Assembly (NCBI GenBank): GCA_964016885.1
Contig: OZ024741.1
Span: 175,212,001-175,276,000 of the forward strand
Origin: Eledone cirrhosa
Lineage: Eukaryota
Direction of reading: 5' to 3'
DNA: 64,000 nt
Both the position numbers and the translations under genes were made by a program. Positions within the stretch are counted from its first letter, which is position 1. Every line of letters begins with the position of its first letter. Positions 1 to 13,170 of this stretch are shown piece after piece. The notes beneath the pieces were generated by a model that was not told where the DNA came from, did no database searches, and worked only from the letters and a program-made list of their open reading frames with translations.

Positions 1-38
1 AGTTATCCCCTGTAATTGTTTGATGTGTTTATTATATA

Positions 39-792
39 CTAGCAACACTACCCAGCGTTGCCTGGGTAGGTAAAATAATATCTGCTTTGATGAAAAGGTG
101 TTGATCTTAGCGATTGCTTCTCGATGACTCATCTATGGCCACACGCAGGCCATGCGGGGGAGGGTGGTGATGACCTCTATCACTGAGAAACGCGGGTGAC
201 TGACGAAGGGGCATGCTGGGGGAGGGAGTTTCGAATTTGAACGAAATCGGTTGAAAAATGTGGGAGCTAGAGCCGAAAAGGCGGACATTTGAGCGAAAAG
301 GTGGTATTTTCGAATATTTAAGCGGCTGCCACGCCGTTCCTGTACAAAAATAATCCAAAATGTAAAGCCACTTGAAGACGTAAAATAATCAGATCTAGCG
401 TAGTGTAAAATTTGACCAAAGTAGGCTGATTAATGGGGGCGCTAGAGCCCCAAAAGAGGAAATTTGAGTCTAAAAGTGGTATCTTTGAATATTTAAGCGA
501 CTGCCACGCCGTCCCTGAACAACAAATGCAAAATATAAAGCCATTACAGGATGTGCAATGATGAATTCTATCTTGCTTTAAAGATTGAACGAAATCGGTG
601 GCAAAATGTGGGATCTAGAGCCAAAAATCTTATTTTTCGATACCTGCAGAATGACCCCGAAATAAGAAAAAAACGATACGCTGATATATAGAAAACACTC
701 CCCGATGACTAATCTATGAGCCTGTAAAGTTTCATGAAAATCGGTCGTGTGTGTGTGTCTGACACACTGACACACACACACATACTTAATTT

Positions 793-796
<4 letters not shown>
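39..796 (-). mobile_element. Non-autonomous Helitron-like element with internal ~180-bp subrepeats
   Basis: CTAG at 39-42 next to a 7-bp hairpin TACCCAG-cgttgc-CTGGGTA (49-68), the Helitron 3' end signature on the minus strand. The other end has AAGTTTCATGAAAATCGG plus a TG/CA tract. Subrepeat pieces recur near 238-350, 440-530 and 586-630. Confidence 0.6.

Positions 797-889
<93 letters not shown>
796..889. repeat. (CA)n followed by (TA)n microsatellite
   Basis: Direct reading. Confidence 0.95.
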
Positions 890-1074
890 GTTATTCCGGG
901 TTGGGTTGAATCGGAGGTAACCACAGTAGGTAAGGTACTCAATACATAGCAGAGTATAACAGTTTTAATATAGATGAGATTCTACAGGACTAGAACTGTT
1001 TCATTCTTTAGAAATCACCAGGAATCAGATTCCTGATGATTTCTAAAGAATGAAACAGTTCTAGTCCTGTAGAA

Positions 1075-1080
<6 letters not shown>
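890..1080. mobile_element. Fold-back solo pLTR fragment (family A) inserted in (TA)n
   Basis: 974-1026 is the reverse complement of 1028-1080. Contains an HHR, and (TA)n lies on both flanks. Confidence 0.75.
1027..1077 (+). ncRNA. Type I hammerhead ribozyme (family A)
   Basis: AGATTC-CTGATGA-tttctaaagaat-GAAA-CAG-ttctagtc-CTG-TA-GAATCT: 6-bp stem I, canonical core, stem III CAG/CTG, GUA cleavage triplet. The inverted copy at 977-1026 has CTGGTGA. Confidence 0.85.
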
Positions 1081-1149
<69 letters not shown>

Positions 1150-1317
1150 GTCATTCAACCTTTCATTTTAAATTTAACATAAATGCTCGGATTTAATAAT
1201 TGGAATCTTTGAGCTTATTCCAGAGGTGGTATGGCGCATGCTTCTGATATTCTCAGACATGACGTCTTTAATCTAATTTTGGTAGTATATATATATATAT
1301 ATATATGTATATAGGAA

Positions 1318-1675
1318 GTTATTGGAAGGCTACGGCAATGCAAAATGGACGGTAGATTTCGGAATAAATTGAAGGCAACAAAAATGTTGGTGTATCACCT
1401 ATTATTTTATTAGCCTGACAGGTAAATAAAATAACATGTCACTCACCATCTTTGTTGCCTTCAATTTATTCCGAAATCTACCGTCCATTTTGCATTGCCA
1501 TAGCCTTCCAATAACATAATGCTCCAAGCAATCTTAAACACTTTTATTCATTTAACTTTATCATAGCTATGTTTAGCTTACTATTTAGGACAGATACCAC
1601 AGCTTGAGATCCACTAACCCGTTATTTTCTTTTCTTTGTTTTCTTTCGTCCTTCTGTCTGTGGTGTTTGTTTTAT
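1318..1675. repeat. Fold-back repeat fragment next to (TA)n, probable pLTR remnant
   Basis: 1318-1392 is an imperfect reverse complement of 1444-1515. Confidence 0.55.
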
Positions 1676-1716
1676 CACACACACACACACAAACAATGTT
1701 TAGCCATTATATATAT

Positions 1717-1900
1717 GTGAATTGGCAGTATCGGTAGAGGGTTGGACGCCATGATTTCTAGCATAGTTACCCCCAGTTAAGTCTGAGTTCAAATCCCGCC
1801 GAGGTTAACTTTGCTTTTCATCCTTACGGGGTCGATAAAATAAAGTACCAGTAATGTACTGGGTAATTGCTGGCCTTGTGCCTAAAGTAGAAATAATTAT
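1717..1900 (+). mobile_element. tRNA-derived SINE with Meta-domain-like core
   Basis: A-box-like TGGCAGTATCGG, B-box GAGTTCAAATC, core GCCTTTCATCCTTACGGGGTCGATAAAATAAAGTACCAG, tail GGCCTTGTGCCTAAAGTAGAAA. About 20 copies in the window. Confidence 0.9.
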
Positions 1901-2087
1901 ACACATACACAGACACACACACACACACACACCTATATATATATAGTAAGAAGTGCGTTAGCAACTGAAGTGTTTGATAAAATTGTGTCTTTCTAAGTAC
2001 AGAGTGTGTAAGCGAGATTGCACCAATGTGTATAAAATGTATACACATATCTAATATGTAGGTATATAAACATGCTAGAAAATAGAT

Positions 2088-2215
2088 TCCCTATAGAGGT
2101 CGGCGTGCCATACAACCACAGCACCTTCTTTGTCAGCCGGTTTGATGTCGATGCCATCACGCTGTCTGACGGAGCTGTGGGCAACGATTTCAGTTCGGGA
2201 GATGTTGTTCTGCTG
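2088..2215 (-). pseudogene. Penelope-like element fragment (N-terminal ADKG motif, Neptune-like)
   Basis: A minus-strand frame not shown in the ORF track reads NISRTEIVAHSSVRQRDGIDIKPADKEGAVVVWHADLYRE, matching the PLE IKPADKGGAVVVW motif. Confidence 0.7.
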
Positions 2216-2489
2216 TGGAAGTCGTCCATCTCAACAACATAAATTCAACTTTGAATAGAACTCGCCACTCATCGAATCTCGCCACGAGATACGTGCTTAG
2301 CTGAACGAATCTGTCAGTTCCAGTAGTACGTATCTTTTAACTTTTACAACAACATCGAATTTATTAACTTTAAGTGTTTGACATTCAAGATTAATACCAA
2401 TATTCATATGTAAAATTTTGCTCATATAATTGTTGTCATTTCAAAACCTTCTGTATTATTGGCTAATTAAAATCTACATTTATTATTTT

Positions 2490-3090
2490 ATCCCGCCGAG
2501 GTTAACTTTGCCTTTCATCCTTACGGGGTAGATAAAATAAAGTACCAGTAATGTACTGAGTAATTGCTGGCCTTGTGCCAAAAATAGAAACAATTATTTT
2601 ATGTACTGAATATATGAATTATAATTTTTCATATAATACACAAATTCCTGTAATTTCTTTAGATCGGATTTTAATATTGTCTTGAATATTGTCTTGAATA
2701 TTGTATATATTTTGAATAATTATAATCTCAACAATTACGAGGATAATTTAGGAACAAACACTTGTTTACAGGTAAATATAATTCATCTGTATTTTGTGGA
2801 TTCTCTGTGCATGCGCTGGGGTCGATTTAATCGACTTTCCCCTCGCCAAAAATTACTGGCCTTGTGCCTATAGTACACATTATTATTTTACAACAAAGGG
2901 CGGTGGATTGGCAATATCAGTTAAGGGTCGGACACCATGCTTTGCAGCATAAAGTTACGTCCCTTTATGGTCTGAGTTCAAATTCTGCCGAAGTGAACTT
3001 TGTCTTTCTTCCTTACGGAGTCGATAAAATAAAGTACCAGTAATACACTAGGATAATAGCTGGCCTTGTGCCAAAAATAGAAACAATTAT
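2490..3090 (+). mobile_element. SINE cluster (5'-truncated copy 2490-2597, 3' piece ~2810-2885, full copy 2898-3090)
   Basis: Same SINE core and tail motifs. Confidence 0.85.
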
Positions 3091-3479
3091 TTTACAACAC
3101 GATAAGAAAAATATCATCTCGGCAACTGTTTACGACGTGTGGCTTCTCAAATCTGATTGTTCTACATATACACAAACATTCACAAATATATAATAGATAT
3201 GTATATATGTATATTCTATCAAGTATTATTTTCGTTAAAAATCAACCACACTAATACAAGTGTGTTTGTATATTTACATATATCCCCATCTGTTATTCTT
3301 TAACATTTATACACATACACATACACACAATGCAATAAGCTCATTTTCCAAACACAAGGACCTGGGTTCTAACTGTACACTGTCTTTGTAAATAGTTATT
3401 TCCAAAGTCATCCATACATTTAATCCCGTATGTCATTTATATATAGATGCTGAACATTTATATAATTATATCCTAGAAA

Positions 3480-3690
3480 CAAATTGAGACTTCCCCCGGA
3501 GAGACTGGCGAACCAAGTACTTAAATGGAGCCCGCAGGGAAGCAGACGGAGAGGGCGACCCCAAAATGAACTGGCGCCAGGCAGTTGAGAGGGACCTGCG
3601 GGACGCTGTACAACTGGCTGCTGACCGAACGCGATGGAACACTATGATTGCCTCATGCGTCGCAAGACGCGGGAGCTTCTGAGTCTGAGA
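3480..3690 (+). mobile_element. RTE-clade LINE 3' fragment
   Basis: Reads ...LKWSPQGSRRRGRPKMNWRQAVERDL...AADRTRW, an RTE C-terminal motif. Confidence 0.65.
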
Positions 3691-3904
3691 GAGAAACAAA
3701 TCTAAATATTTTTATCTTTAATTTCTTCGACGTGTCAATGATCAACATAAACTATAGGGTTTCTCTTTTGCAAACCGTAAATTCATTGAAAAGGCAAATT
3801 TTCCAGTTTGTATGATTGTTCATGTATCTGGTAATCTTGGTTACATATGGCATACCAATACTGAACTCCAAACATTACAAACTGTTAACGCCACTACCGC
3901 CATC

Positions 3905-4325
3905 AATAATTGTTTCTACTTTAGGCATAAACCCAGCAATTTTGGAGGAAGGGAAAATCAATTAAATTGACCCCAGTGCATTACTGGTGCTTCATTTAGC
4001 GACCCCGTAAGGATGAAAGACAAATATAACCGCGGTGGGATTTGAACTCAGAGCGTAAAGAACCGTAACTCTATGCTGCGAAGCATGTTGCCCGACGCTC
4101 TACCGATATTGCCAATCCACCACCATTGTTGACGTTATTAATAATTGTTTCTACTTTTGGCACAAGGCCAGCAATTATCCCAGTGCATTACTGGTACTTT
4201 ATTTTATCGACCCCGTAAGGATGAAAGGCAAAGTTAACCTCGGCGGGATTTGAACTCAGAATGGCAAGGGCCGTAACTCTATGTTTGGCGTCCGACCCTC
4301 TACCGATACTGCCAATCCACTGCCC
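3905..4325 (-). mobile_element. Two head-to-tail SINE copies
   Basis: Reverse-complement SINE motifs at 3905-4125 and 4140-4325. Confidence 0.88.
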
Positions 4326-4984
4326 TTTTTTTTGACGTTATTAATAATGGCACGGGTCCACTAATACAAAAGAATAGACGAAATAGGACATACTAGATTA
4401 TTGAGACTAGTATTTAAAGTCCACTTTAAATATTTGAACTATTCCACCCAATACAATAAAGTGCTTTTCCCACGAGAGAGGGAGCTTCTACATTGTCACT
4501 CGATCTGCTAGAAATAAGGACGAAACTCCCTCAAACCACATCCTGCTGTCTCAAGTACACAATATATATATAAGGAATACATTTTAATTTGTTAAATTGA
4601 TTACTCCTACAAGACAAGTTCTGTTTCTTTCTTTGACTCAGAAACATACAAACACATACACAAGCTTGATGACATATGTTGCTCGATATTCATAATTGAT
4701 GCATACTGGTGGTTTTACTGTGAGGGCAGGGGCGTCGTTTTGAAGAACGTACTAGAATTTGTCTTGTAGGGTTGATTGTAGGATTATGGTTGGCGATTGC
4801 TGAAGTTCGGGAAGAGCATGCGTTTAGTTTAGATTTGTTTACGTTTTTGTTAAAGCAAATGAAGGCCATAGTTATATGTACAAGACCCAGACTTGTCAAC
4901 TCTCCTCGTCGGACGGGGAGATTTCCCACCCACTTTAGAGTGGGTGAGAGATGTCTTCTCTTGTGAAAATGGGTATAGCTTTCA

Positions 4985-5293
4985 TTCCGAGGTTGACTTT
5001 GCCTTTCATCCTTACGGGGTCGATAAAATAAAGTACCAGTAATGCACTGGGTAATTGCTGGCCTTGTGCCTAAAGTAGAGACAATTATGTAAAATCTCCC
5101 CGGGCGGTGGATTGGCAGTGTCGGTAGAGAGTCGGACACCATGCTTTGAAGCATAGAGTTACGTCCCTTTACGGTCTGAGTTCAAATCCCGCTGAGGTTA
5201 ACTTTGCCTTTCATCCTTACGGGGTCGATAAAATAAAGTACCAGTAATGCACTGGGTAATTGCTGGCCTTGTGCCAAAAGTAGAAACAATTAT
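4985..5293 (+). mobile_element. Truncated plus full SINE in tandem
   Basis: SINE motifs at 4985-5088 and 5101-5293. Confidence 0.88.
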
Positions 5294-5419
5294 GTAAAAT
5301 ATCTCCATTTTGCCTCATTTCTCACCGTTTTGGGGCCCTTTTTTCATGTTACTCCCCGTTTGGGTTTTTAGGGGTTGGCAGGTCTGCATGACTACACACT
5401 CCAAGACGGACCAGTACAT

Positions 5420-6290
5420 TTGCGAAACTCATTCAGGCACACACGTGTATATACCCACACATGTACACACATACACACACACACGCCCATATACAAACTT
5501 ACACACACAATCCCATATATAAACATACACACACACTTACGGGCAGACACATGCACACAAAATACGCAAAAAATTCACAGACACACACATGTATATACAC
5601 ACACAAACGTGCACACTCACATACACACAAACAATACAAGAAAGCCACAGACAAACACATTCATAAATAAACATATACACTCACTCACTCATACAAAAAC
5701 ATACACATATGCACACGTGCACATACATACACAAAGACTACAAAAAACCTCCATACATAAACAGACACACACACACGTACATGCATATACAAGCACACAT
5801 AAAAACACTAGATTCGCAGACACATACGCAAACAATACAAACACCTCACAAACACACACATGTTCACACGCACACACATACATAAAACATACACATCCAT
5901 TGAAAACATACACACACATGCATACACAAAAAGCTACATAAAAATTCAGACACACGCACGCACACTTCTATCAACGATGCACAAACCACACACACAGACA
6001 GAAGCAATAGTGCACACCCATGAAATGCACCCCATTTACACACACATAATAACACCCAGGACACAGCTGAACTGACCATCCCGGCCTCCACTCCCGAATG
6101 CCGGACTCCTTGCCTATCGTCCCCCAGCCGTCTTAAAACCTTTTTTCTCTCTCTCTCCGAATTCTCCATTTCCAGAAGAAGGATTTATGTTCGAAACGTA
6201 GAACCCTCTTCTACTTCCTCTTAAGCGTGATACTAATAAGAGTTTGTGTTTTGCATCTGTATTTCTTTTGTCTCTTCTTGAATTGTATAT
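5420..6290 (+). mobile_element. Probable PLE 3' UTR/pLTR remnant (CA-rich tract then pLTR with minimal HHR)
   Basis: Same organisation as the 3' end of the PLE at 17374-19725, including a shared GCGTGA..TAATAA tail motif. Ends in (TA)n. Confidence 0.5.
6170..6203 (+). ncRNA. Minimal hammerhead ribozyme (family J, U4A)
   Basis: TTC-CAGAAGA-aggatttatgttc-GAAA-CG-TA-GAA with palindromic ACGT stem III. Confidence 0.55.
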
Positions 6291-6307
6291 ATATAATATA
6301 TATATAT

Positions 6308-6440
6308 AACGAAGGAAATGTGGTAAGGAACCAGGTGGCTCATAACGCACCAAAGTACTCAATACTTAGGGTAGTAGAGTGGGTAATAGGAACGAGTAGG
6401 ACCCCGACGGCTGAGCTCAAGCCGTTTCGACGGCTAATTC
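6308..6440 (-). mobile_element. pLTR tail fragment family B in (TA)n
   Basis: ACGAAGGAAATGTGGTAAGGAACC...GCCGTTTCGACGGCTAATTC, with further copies at 25341, 46168, 57645 and 58362-58555. Confidence 0.7.
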
Positions 6441-6502
6441 ATATATATATATAAACATAAATGTAAATGTATGAAATAATACATAAGCATATACATACAC
6501 AC

Positions 6503-6871
6503 ACCGGACGCCATGCTTTGCAGCAAAGAGTTACGACCCTTTATGATCTGAGTTCAAATCCCGCCGAGGTTAACTTTGCTTTTCATCCTTACGGGGTCGA
6601 TAAAATAAAGTACCAGTGATACACTGGGGTAATTACTGGCCTTGTACCAAAAGTAGAAATCATTATTTCATCTTTACGGGTGGTGGATTAGCAGTATCGG
6701 TAGAGGGCCGGGTGCCATGCTTTGCAGCGTAGAGTTACGCCCCTTTACGGTCTGAGTTCAAATCCCGCCGAGGTTAACTTTGCCTTTTCATCCTTACGGG
6801 ATCGATAAAATAAAGCACCAGTAATGCACTCGGATAATTGCTGGTCTTGTGCCAAAAATAGAAACAATTAT
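6503..6871 (+). mobile_element. Two tandem SINE copies
   Basis: SINE motifs at 6503-6666 and 6677-6871. Confidence 0.88.
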
Positions 6872-7992
6872 TTTATCTCTACAAAAAAAATAACAAAAAA
6901 ACAATAGCAACAACATTTGCTTCTCCCCTTCATGGATGTGGTCACAGGATTAGTTAAAGTTAATTAATTATATATTCTTTACTCATTTTTATTGAGTACT
7001 TATTTAAAACGGGTTTCTCTTACTCTTGTAATAAGAAATACCAAGAATATGTGTGTTGGTGAAAAATATAATATCGTTACAAACACATAAAAAAGCTAAC
7101 ATGAATTTTATTATCTTTAGTATATTCACGTAGCTGAATTTGTCCATATTCCTGACATTGACATATAATAATCCCCAATAGACTTTCCTTCAACTTTAAT
7201 TAGAGACTGGTAGAACTATAACCACGCTCTTCGCAAATAAAACACACAATCGTCTAGTCTACTGGAACGTAAAAAAGACATTGCCATGAAAAGCTGCCAA
7301 TCAGTTTAACCGACATACAAAAAAGAACCTTCACTACTACCACTATCAGAACAACAAAATAATTCAGTTTTGCTATTTAGTTCGCTCCACCTGATACCTA
7401 TGCAGCATTGGGTGTCAAGGAAACTTTACCCAGCCCTCTCACGAGTCTGCTCCCAGACAGAGCCCATATCTCTTCGGTCTTGAATGTCTGTCTCGCCTAC
7501 GTCCACTCCCACCTTTGGTTTCAGCCTGAGAGTCATTCTCACTGGTCTCTTTCTGGGTATTCGTAACATTTCGTAACATTTCGTAACATTTCTCAGCTCA
7601 GTCCTTTTCTTGATATGTTCATTCTTAGTATTGTCCTTAGAGAATATCTGTGGAAGACATCTACAATACTTTAGATTCTGTTGGTATTTTTCTACGTTTC
7701 ACAAACGTAAGTCACTGCCGACACAATGGTTAAGGTATTCAAGTGGAATTTGCGGCCTTGGTTGGTGAAGGAATTGGACCTTACAACTTATTGGTTAATG
7801 GAATTAAATTATACCATCTGCCATTCCCGTTTGATATTATAGACTACCCGAAGGACATTTGACACTAAATGTGGGGAAAATTATTTCAACGACAAGTTAA
7901 CGAAGGAAACTTTTACATGATTGTTTACTTGCTAGAGAGAACAGCAAAATCACCAGCCTTAAAAGAGGTTAGCTACAAATCATACATATAAT

Positions 7993-8177
7993 ATAATTGT
8001 TTCTACTTTTGGCACAAGGCCAGCAATTACCCAGTGCATTACTGGTACTTTATTTTATCGACCCCGTAAGGATAAAAAGGCAAAGTTAATCTCGGCGAGA
8101 TTTGAACTCAGAATGGAAAGGGCCGTAACTCTTTGCGTCAAAGCATGGCGTCCGACCCTCTACCGATACTGCCAATA
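7993..8177 (-). mobile_element. SINE copy
   Basis: Reverse-complement SINE motifs. Confidence 0.88.
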
Positions 8178-8249
8178 CAATATAATATAATACTTGATAG
8201 ACTATGTCTGATATGACAATATATACCTTTTATCAGAAAAGAGCTTCTT

Positions 8250-8590
8250 TCGGATGTGCCTAGCAATGGTTATAAAGATATGATTGACTGACCATGGGTT
8301 TGCCTCTCAGAAGCACATTTCTTGGCTAAGGTGGTTTTGTGAAAGACTAGCAATCACTCGTGCATACAAGTCTCCCCACTCCACACCACCATCGTCCAAG
8401 GGAAAAGTAAAGGTCGATTAGGCTTGACACTAGTTTCGTCGCAACTAATTATTTATTTAGTTAAGTGGGTTGGAGAAACGGGAAATAAGTGTCTTGCTCA
8501 AGGATACGACGCGCTGCCCGCCCGATCAAGGAATCAAAGTATTGATTTTACGATCGTGATCGCGACACACTAGTTACGAAGCCACGGGTC
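8250..8590 (-). mobile_element. Old SINE of a second family (tRNA-like head, CORE/V-like TCCTTGAGCAAGACACTT)
   Basis: Reverse complement contains TCCTTGAGCAAGACACTT after a degenerate tRNA-like head. A related head lies at ~9540-9640. Confidence 0.45.
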
Positions 8591-9854
8591 TTCCCAATAG
8601 AGATGCCACACACGTTTTTGTACTGGCACTGTGCTGCCATCACTGTTTTGGAAGTTAACTTTTACATCGCAATTTATGTGTAGCTGTATATACCGAAGGG
8701 CATTGCCTTTAAACTTTCAGTTTTATGCAAATATTAATTTTCCTAATACCAAATGTTCATTTTATCAGTGTAATATTTAGCTATGTAGATAGTAAGTCAC
8801 ATTTTCACTTCTCTAGAGATATTAGATTACATAGCAAGAATTTAACATCTTGACAGAATGAAGTATATCATCACACCTATTGGATTTGGATTCTGGTTCG
8901 GATTACGAATCGCATTTCCATGTAGGAGGTTTAACAGATCATCGCACGTTAAATTAACATTAAATGGATAGTCAGTCAGCGAATTAGTAGAGTCGTTAGA
9001 ATGTTGGATAGAAATCTTCGCGCTATTTGTTCCGCCCTATTATGGTTTGAGTTCAAATCCGGCCGATGTCAACTTTACTTTTTATCCACTCGAATCTAAT
9101 AGGAAAATGTAGAGGTCGAATTTTCCTCTATATATCCTTTTCATTTCCTCTCTCCTTGGACGAAATCGGTTGTATTCAGACCTGGAGAGGAAAGGTCTCC
9201 GCTAGATATAAATGCCCAAGAGACGCCGTACATCACTATGGCGCTTGTCTGACTCCACCAGTCATGGCAAATGACTACGAATCAACAAGGCAATTTCTAC
9301 GCAGTTACTCGACTTGCTAGAAATAACAGCCAAATCTGCCTCAAATTACATCTCACTGTTTTCATTCAATAATAGATAAATTGAATAGTGTAGTGATGCA
9401 CACCCATTAGACGGGGTGGTCATGCCTGGAATATTTTTGATTACAGATCTATTTAATTCAAGTTGACCTAAGGATAAACAACAGCCGCTACTAAATGAAT
9501 GTGAGTGAGAATCGCTAGCGAATAATCGACGCAAGTGGAGATAGATTTTCCACGAGAAGAAAAGGCGCTGCCCGGTCTGGGAACCGAAATATCGACCGTA
9601 TGATCATGAGCTCAGCGCCCTAGTCGCTAGGCATTGCGCCTTTTAAAAAATATATACGACACACGTTACTGCACAGGTCTTGTTTTTTTAATACATCTTT
9701 TGAAGCACACCACATCACATTTGTAATACAAAGGATTGTTACTTCTAGGAGAAAGAGAATTCAGTACATATATGGAGCATGCAATTTTATTGAGGGAATT
9801 GAAAGTACAATTTCTTACTGTGACTAACCATTTCTTCTCAACTGAGAATCCTTG

Positions 9855-9974
<120 letters not shown>

Positions 9975-10439
9975 CTTATGTTATGAAAACTACAAAAACT
10001 TTCTTGAAAGAAATACTTTGATATATTTATTTTGCTTCGAGTTACAAGCACATCGTTGTCACTCTCGCTTTCAAGGCTTGTCCTGATGGATGCCTGTAAT
10101 ATAATATTACAAAAATGTTCTAATAAATAACTATTAGGTCTTGCACTTGTTTGCCTGATTCTAGCTCAGTGTCGACACATAAATCAATGGAGATGAAAAG
10201 ATCAACCATAATAATACGCCATGTGCGTTTCAACATTTGTTTACATATATGTTAGTAACACTTCAAAATTTGCACACCTTAACATACACACATGCACACT
10301 ATGTATTCTCTATTTCAGTCACTTTCCAATCATAAGGTACTGAGTTCTAGGCCTATATTTGTTCCTATAAATACATTTCTCCAAAGTTACTCATACATAT
10401 ATATATACATGTCATTTGTACATATATGCTGAATATTTT

Positions 10440-10700
10440 CTAGGGCGGGTAAAATTCCCGAGATCCATGGACGAGTTCTCTCCAGCGGTCTCTGTCCCTC
10501 ATTATCGCTGCCATGTCCTCCGTCTCCAACAGACCAGTGTCTGTCCTTAGGGCATCAACATACATTAACCGTGGTCTTCCTCTTCCAGTGTGTCCATGTA
10601 GGGGCTCCCACAGGGGCACTGAGTGCAATGTCAACTCTGGATGTCGGTGAGCATGTCCAGCAAATCTCAGTAGCCTCTGTGTCACTTTTGAGCTGACTTT
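10440..10700 (-). mobile_element. RTE LINE 3' fragment
   Basis: LRFAGHAHRH...WEPLHGHTGRGRPRL, near-identical to 32827-33310 and 48760-49003. Confidence 0.88.
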
Positions 10701-10899
10701 TATGTAAATTATATCATAGAGGTAAATTATTTAAAAAATCATTCTTATATTTAATCACTTCCACGTATCAGTAACCAACATAACTAAATTTCCCAGTTTG
10801 TATTCATTTTCGTATATCAAAGAATCCTGGTATATAAAGTATACCAATCACGGATTCCCCAAATCAAATACAGTCAACACTATTGCTGTCATTATTGGT

Positions 10900-11364
10900 G
10901 GCACATTAACACGGTAGATTGGCAAAATCGGTAGAGCGTCAGATACCATGCTTTGTAGCATAGAGTTATGGTCCTTTACGCCCTCAGTTCAAATCCCGCC
11001 GAGTTTAGCTTTGCCTTTCATCCGTACGGGACCGATAAAATAAAGCACCAGTAACGTACTGGGGTCGATTTAATCGATTTACTCCTCCCCCCAAATTACT
11101 GGTCTTGTGCCTAAATCAGAAATCATTATTAATGGCACATTAACATGGTAGATTGTCAAAATCGGTAGAGCGTCGGATACCATGCTTTGTAGCATAGAGT
11201 TACGGCCCTTTACGTTCTGAATTCAAATCTCGCCGAGGTTATCTTTGCCTTTCATCCTTATGGGATCGATAAAATAAAGCACCTGTAATGCACTGGGGTC
11301 GATTTAATCGACTTTTCCCTCACCTGAAATTGCTGACTTTGCGCCTAAAGTAGAAATCATTATT
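10900..11364 (+). mobile_element. Tandemly duplicated long-form SINEs
   Basis: Two copies, each preceded by GGCACATTAACA and containing the GGGGTCGATTTAATCGA hairpin segment. Confidence 0.88.
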
Positions 11365-11639
11365 GATGACACGGGTTAACTAGTCTCGAAATTGAAGAAA
11401 TGATATCGAAGATCTGGAAACAGAAATAACAAAACTGACTGTAAAGAGTTATAGATTACGTCTATCACAGAACGGCTGCGTTGTTGCTTCATTTTAAATT
11501 CATGATCTATCTACAACATATAAGATGGATATGTTTGTAGCCCTTATTTGCTTTCAGTTACATTTCCTTCCAAAATAATCTTTTAAATTCAGTTGAATAT
11601 ATTCTAGGTGTTATGTATGTATGTTCTTCTGGTTTTATA

Positions 11640-13170
11640 ATTTCACAAATGTTTACCAATAGAGAGAGAGTCGGTTTCTAACATAGACACAAGACTCTCT
11701 CATTGGAATTTACACAACATCAACTAGGTAGATATGTATGCATGTCTGCATGCATGCATGTGTAGATATGGATGTTATTGCATGTGTGTATGTGTATGTT
11801 TTGAGTTGTATGTGTGCATGTGTATATGCTTTGCATCTGTACATGTGTATATGCAGTTATTAGATGCAAAATATTTGGAATGTTTTACATATTTTTACTG
11901 TTCCATTAATGGATTGTACTTGTAATTTCGTAACTAGTTGTGTTCTTTCTGTTCCTGTGAAGCCTAGCTTCTCAAGATTTGTATTGAGGCAGTTACTAAC
12001 ATATCCCAGTGCCCCAATAATCACAGGTATAAATCTGAAGGTGTAATCAGGGTGGAGTATCTGCAGATTTTTCATCAGTTCTGCATAAATATTTCCCTTT
12101 TCACTAATCTTTGATATTATATTGGTATCTGCTGGGCAGCTAATTTCCACTACTGTGCATGCTTTCTTCTCCCTGTCCCATATCATAATATCTGGTATGT
12201 TATGCCTGCATTTTATTGGGGTTTTTACTGGAACATTCCACCAGTACTCTTTCATATTATGTACATGGATGTCTTCCACATTGCTGTAGCTTTTAATGTG
12301 TTTATTATCGGGGCTATCTTTTTTACGAACTGCATTGTACAGTGTTTTGGCCACTACATCATGCCTCATAGGTAGATAGTACCGCGATGACATCTTTGGA
12401 CAGCTGCTGATGACATGGGTGATATCCTCGATGTTAGTTCTGCAGAGTCTGCACTTGTTATCACATCTAGGTGTTTTGCCTGCATCCCTATTTCTTTTGT
12501 GAATCAGGTATTTCGTGTTAATCTCCCGTTCCTGGATTGAAAAAGCGTATCCTTCAAAGTGGGAGCCAATATAGCGGTTGTTGGTCCAAGATAGACTACT
12601 TTCCTTATCTATATTACTCTCACTCTGGAGCTTCCTGGCAACATATCCATGCATGACCTTTTGCTGATAGGCATGCAGTTTTTCATCCATGGATTCACTG
12701 CGATACTGCTGAGCGACATCCCTGGGTGTGAGTTTTTGATTATCACACAGGGAATATCTGTCGAGGAGTTCCTTCCCAACTCTCATGATCTTATCTGTTT
12801 CATGCAGATAGACTTGCTCGAGAAACGGGCTCCTACGCTTCGAGGTTCGTAGATGTTGTCGGAGAGATATGATGCGACATTCAAATGTTGTCTGGACTGA
12901 TGTTAGGCCTCTGCCTCCCTGCTTACGTTTCAAGTAAAGGCGGTCTATTTCACTGTTGATGTGGAAGTTTGCGGTGTTGTTTAGTGTTTTTCGAGTTCCA
13001 ACATCAACTGCTCGGATTTCGTCTATCGTCCAATTGAGTATTCCAAACGTTGGTGTTAGGACAGGCACAGCAAACACATTGTGAGCCACTGTATTGTTTT
13101 GCGCAGAGAGTTCCGATGACCAGATCTTTCTTAATCGGGTGTAGTATTCCCTGGTTACGCGTTCTTTATT
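11640..13170 (-). mobile_element. R4/Dong-like non-LTR retrotransposon, 3' part (thumb, CCHC knuckle, restriction-like endonuclease, 3' UTR)
   Basis: ORF 11860-13257 contains GGRGL, CRLC...HVISSC, RHD and PD..D...VEISCP. The first ~28 aa of the ORF derive from the hAT insert. Confidence 0.85.

Noticed and set aside
1400-1490. Hammerhead in the 1318-1515 fold-back
   Set aside because: CCGAAATCTA is present, but there is no CUGANGA and no valid stem III.
1717-1800. tRNA-like A and B boxes
   Set aside because: These are SINE heads repeated about 20 times with no intact cloverleaf, so they are not tRNA genes.
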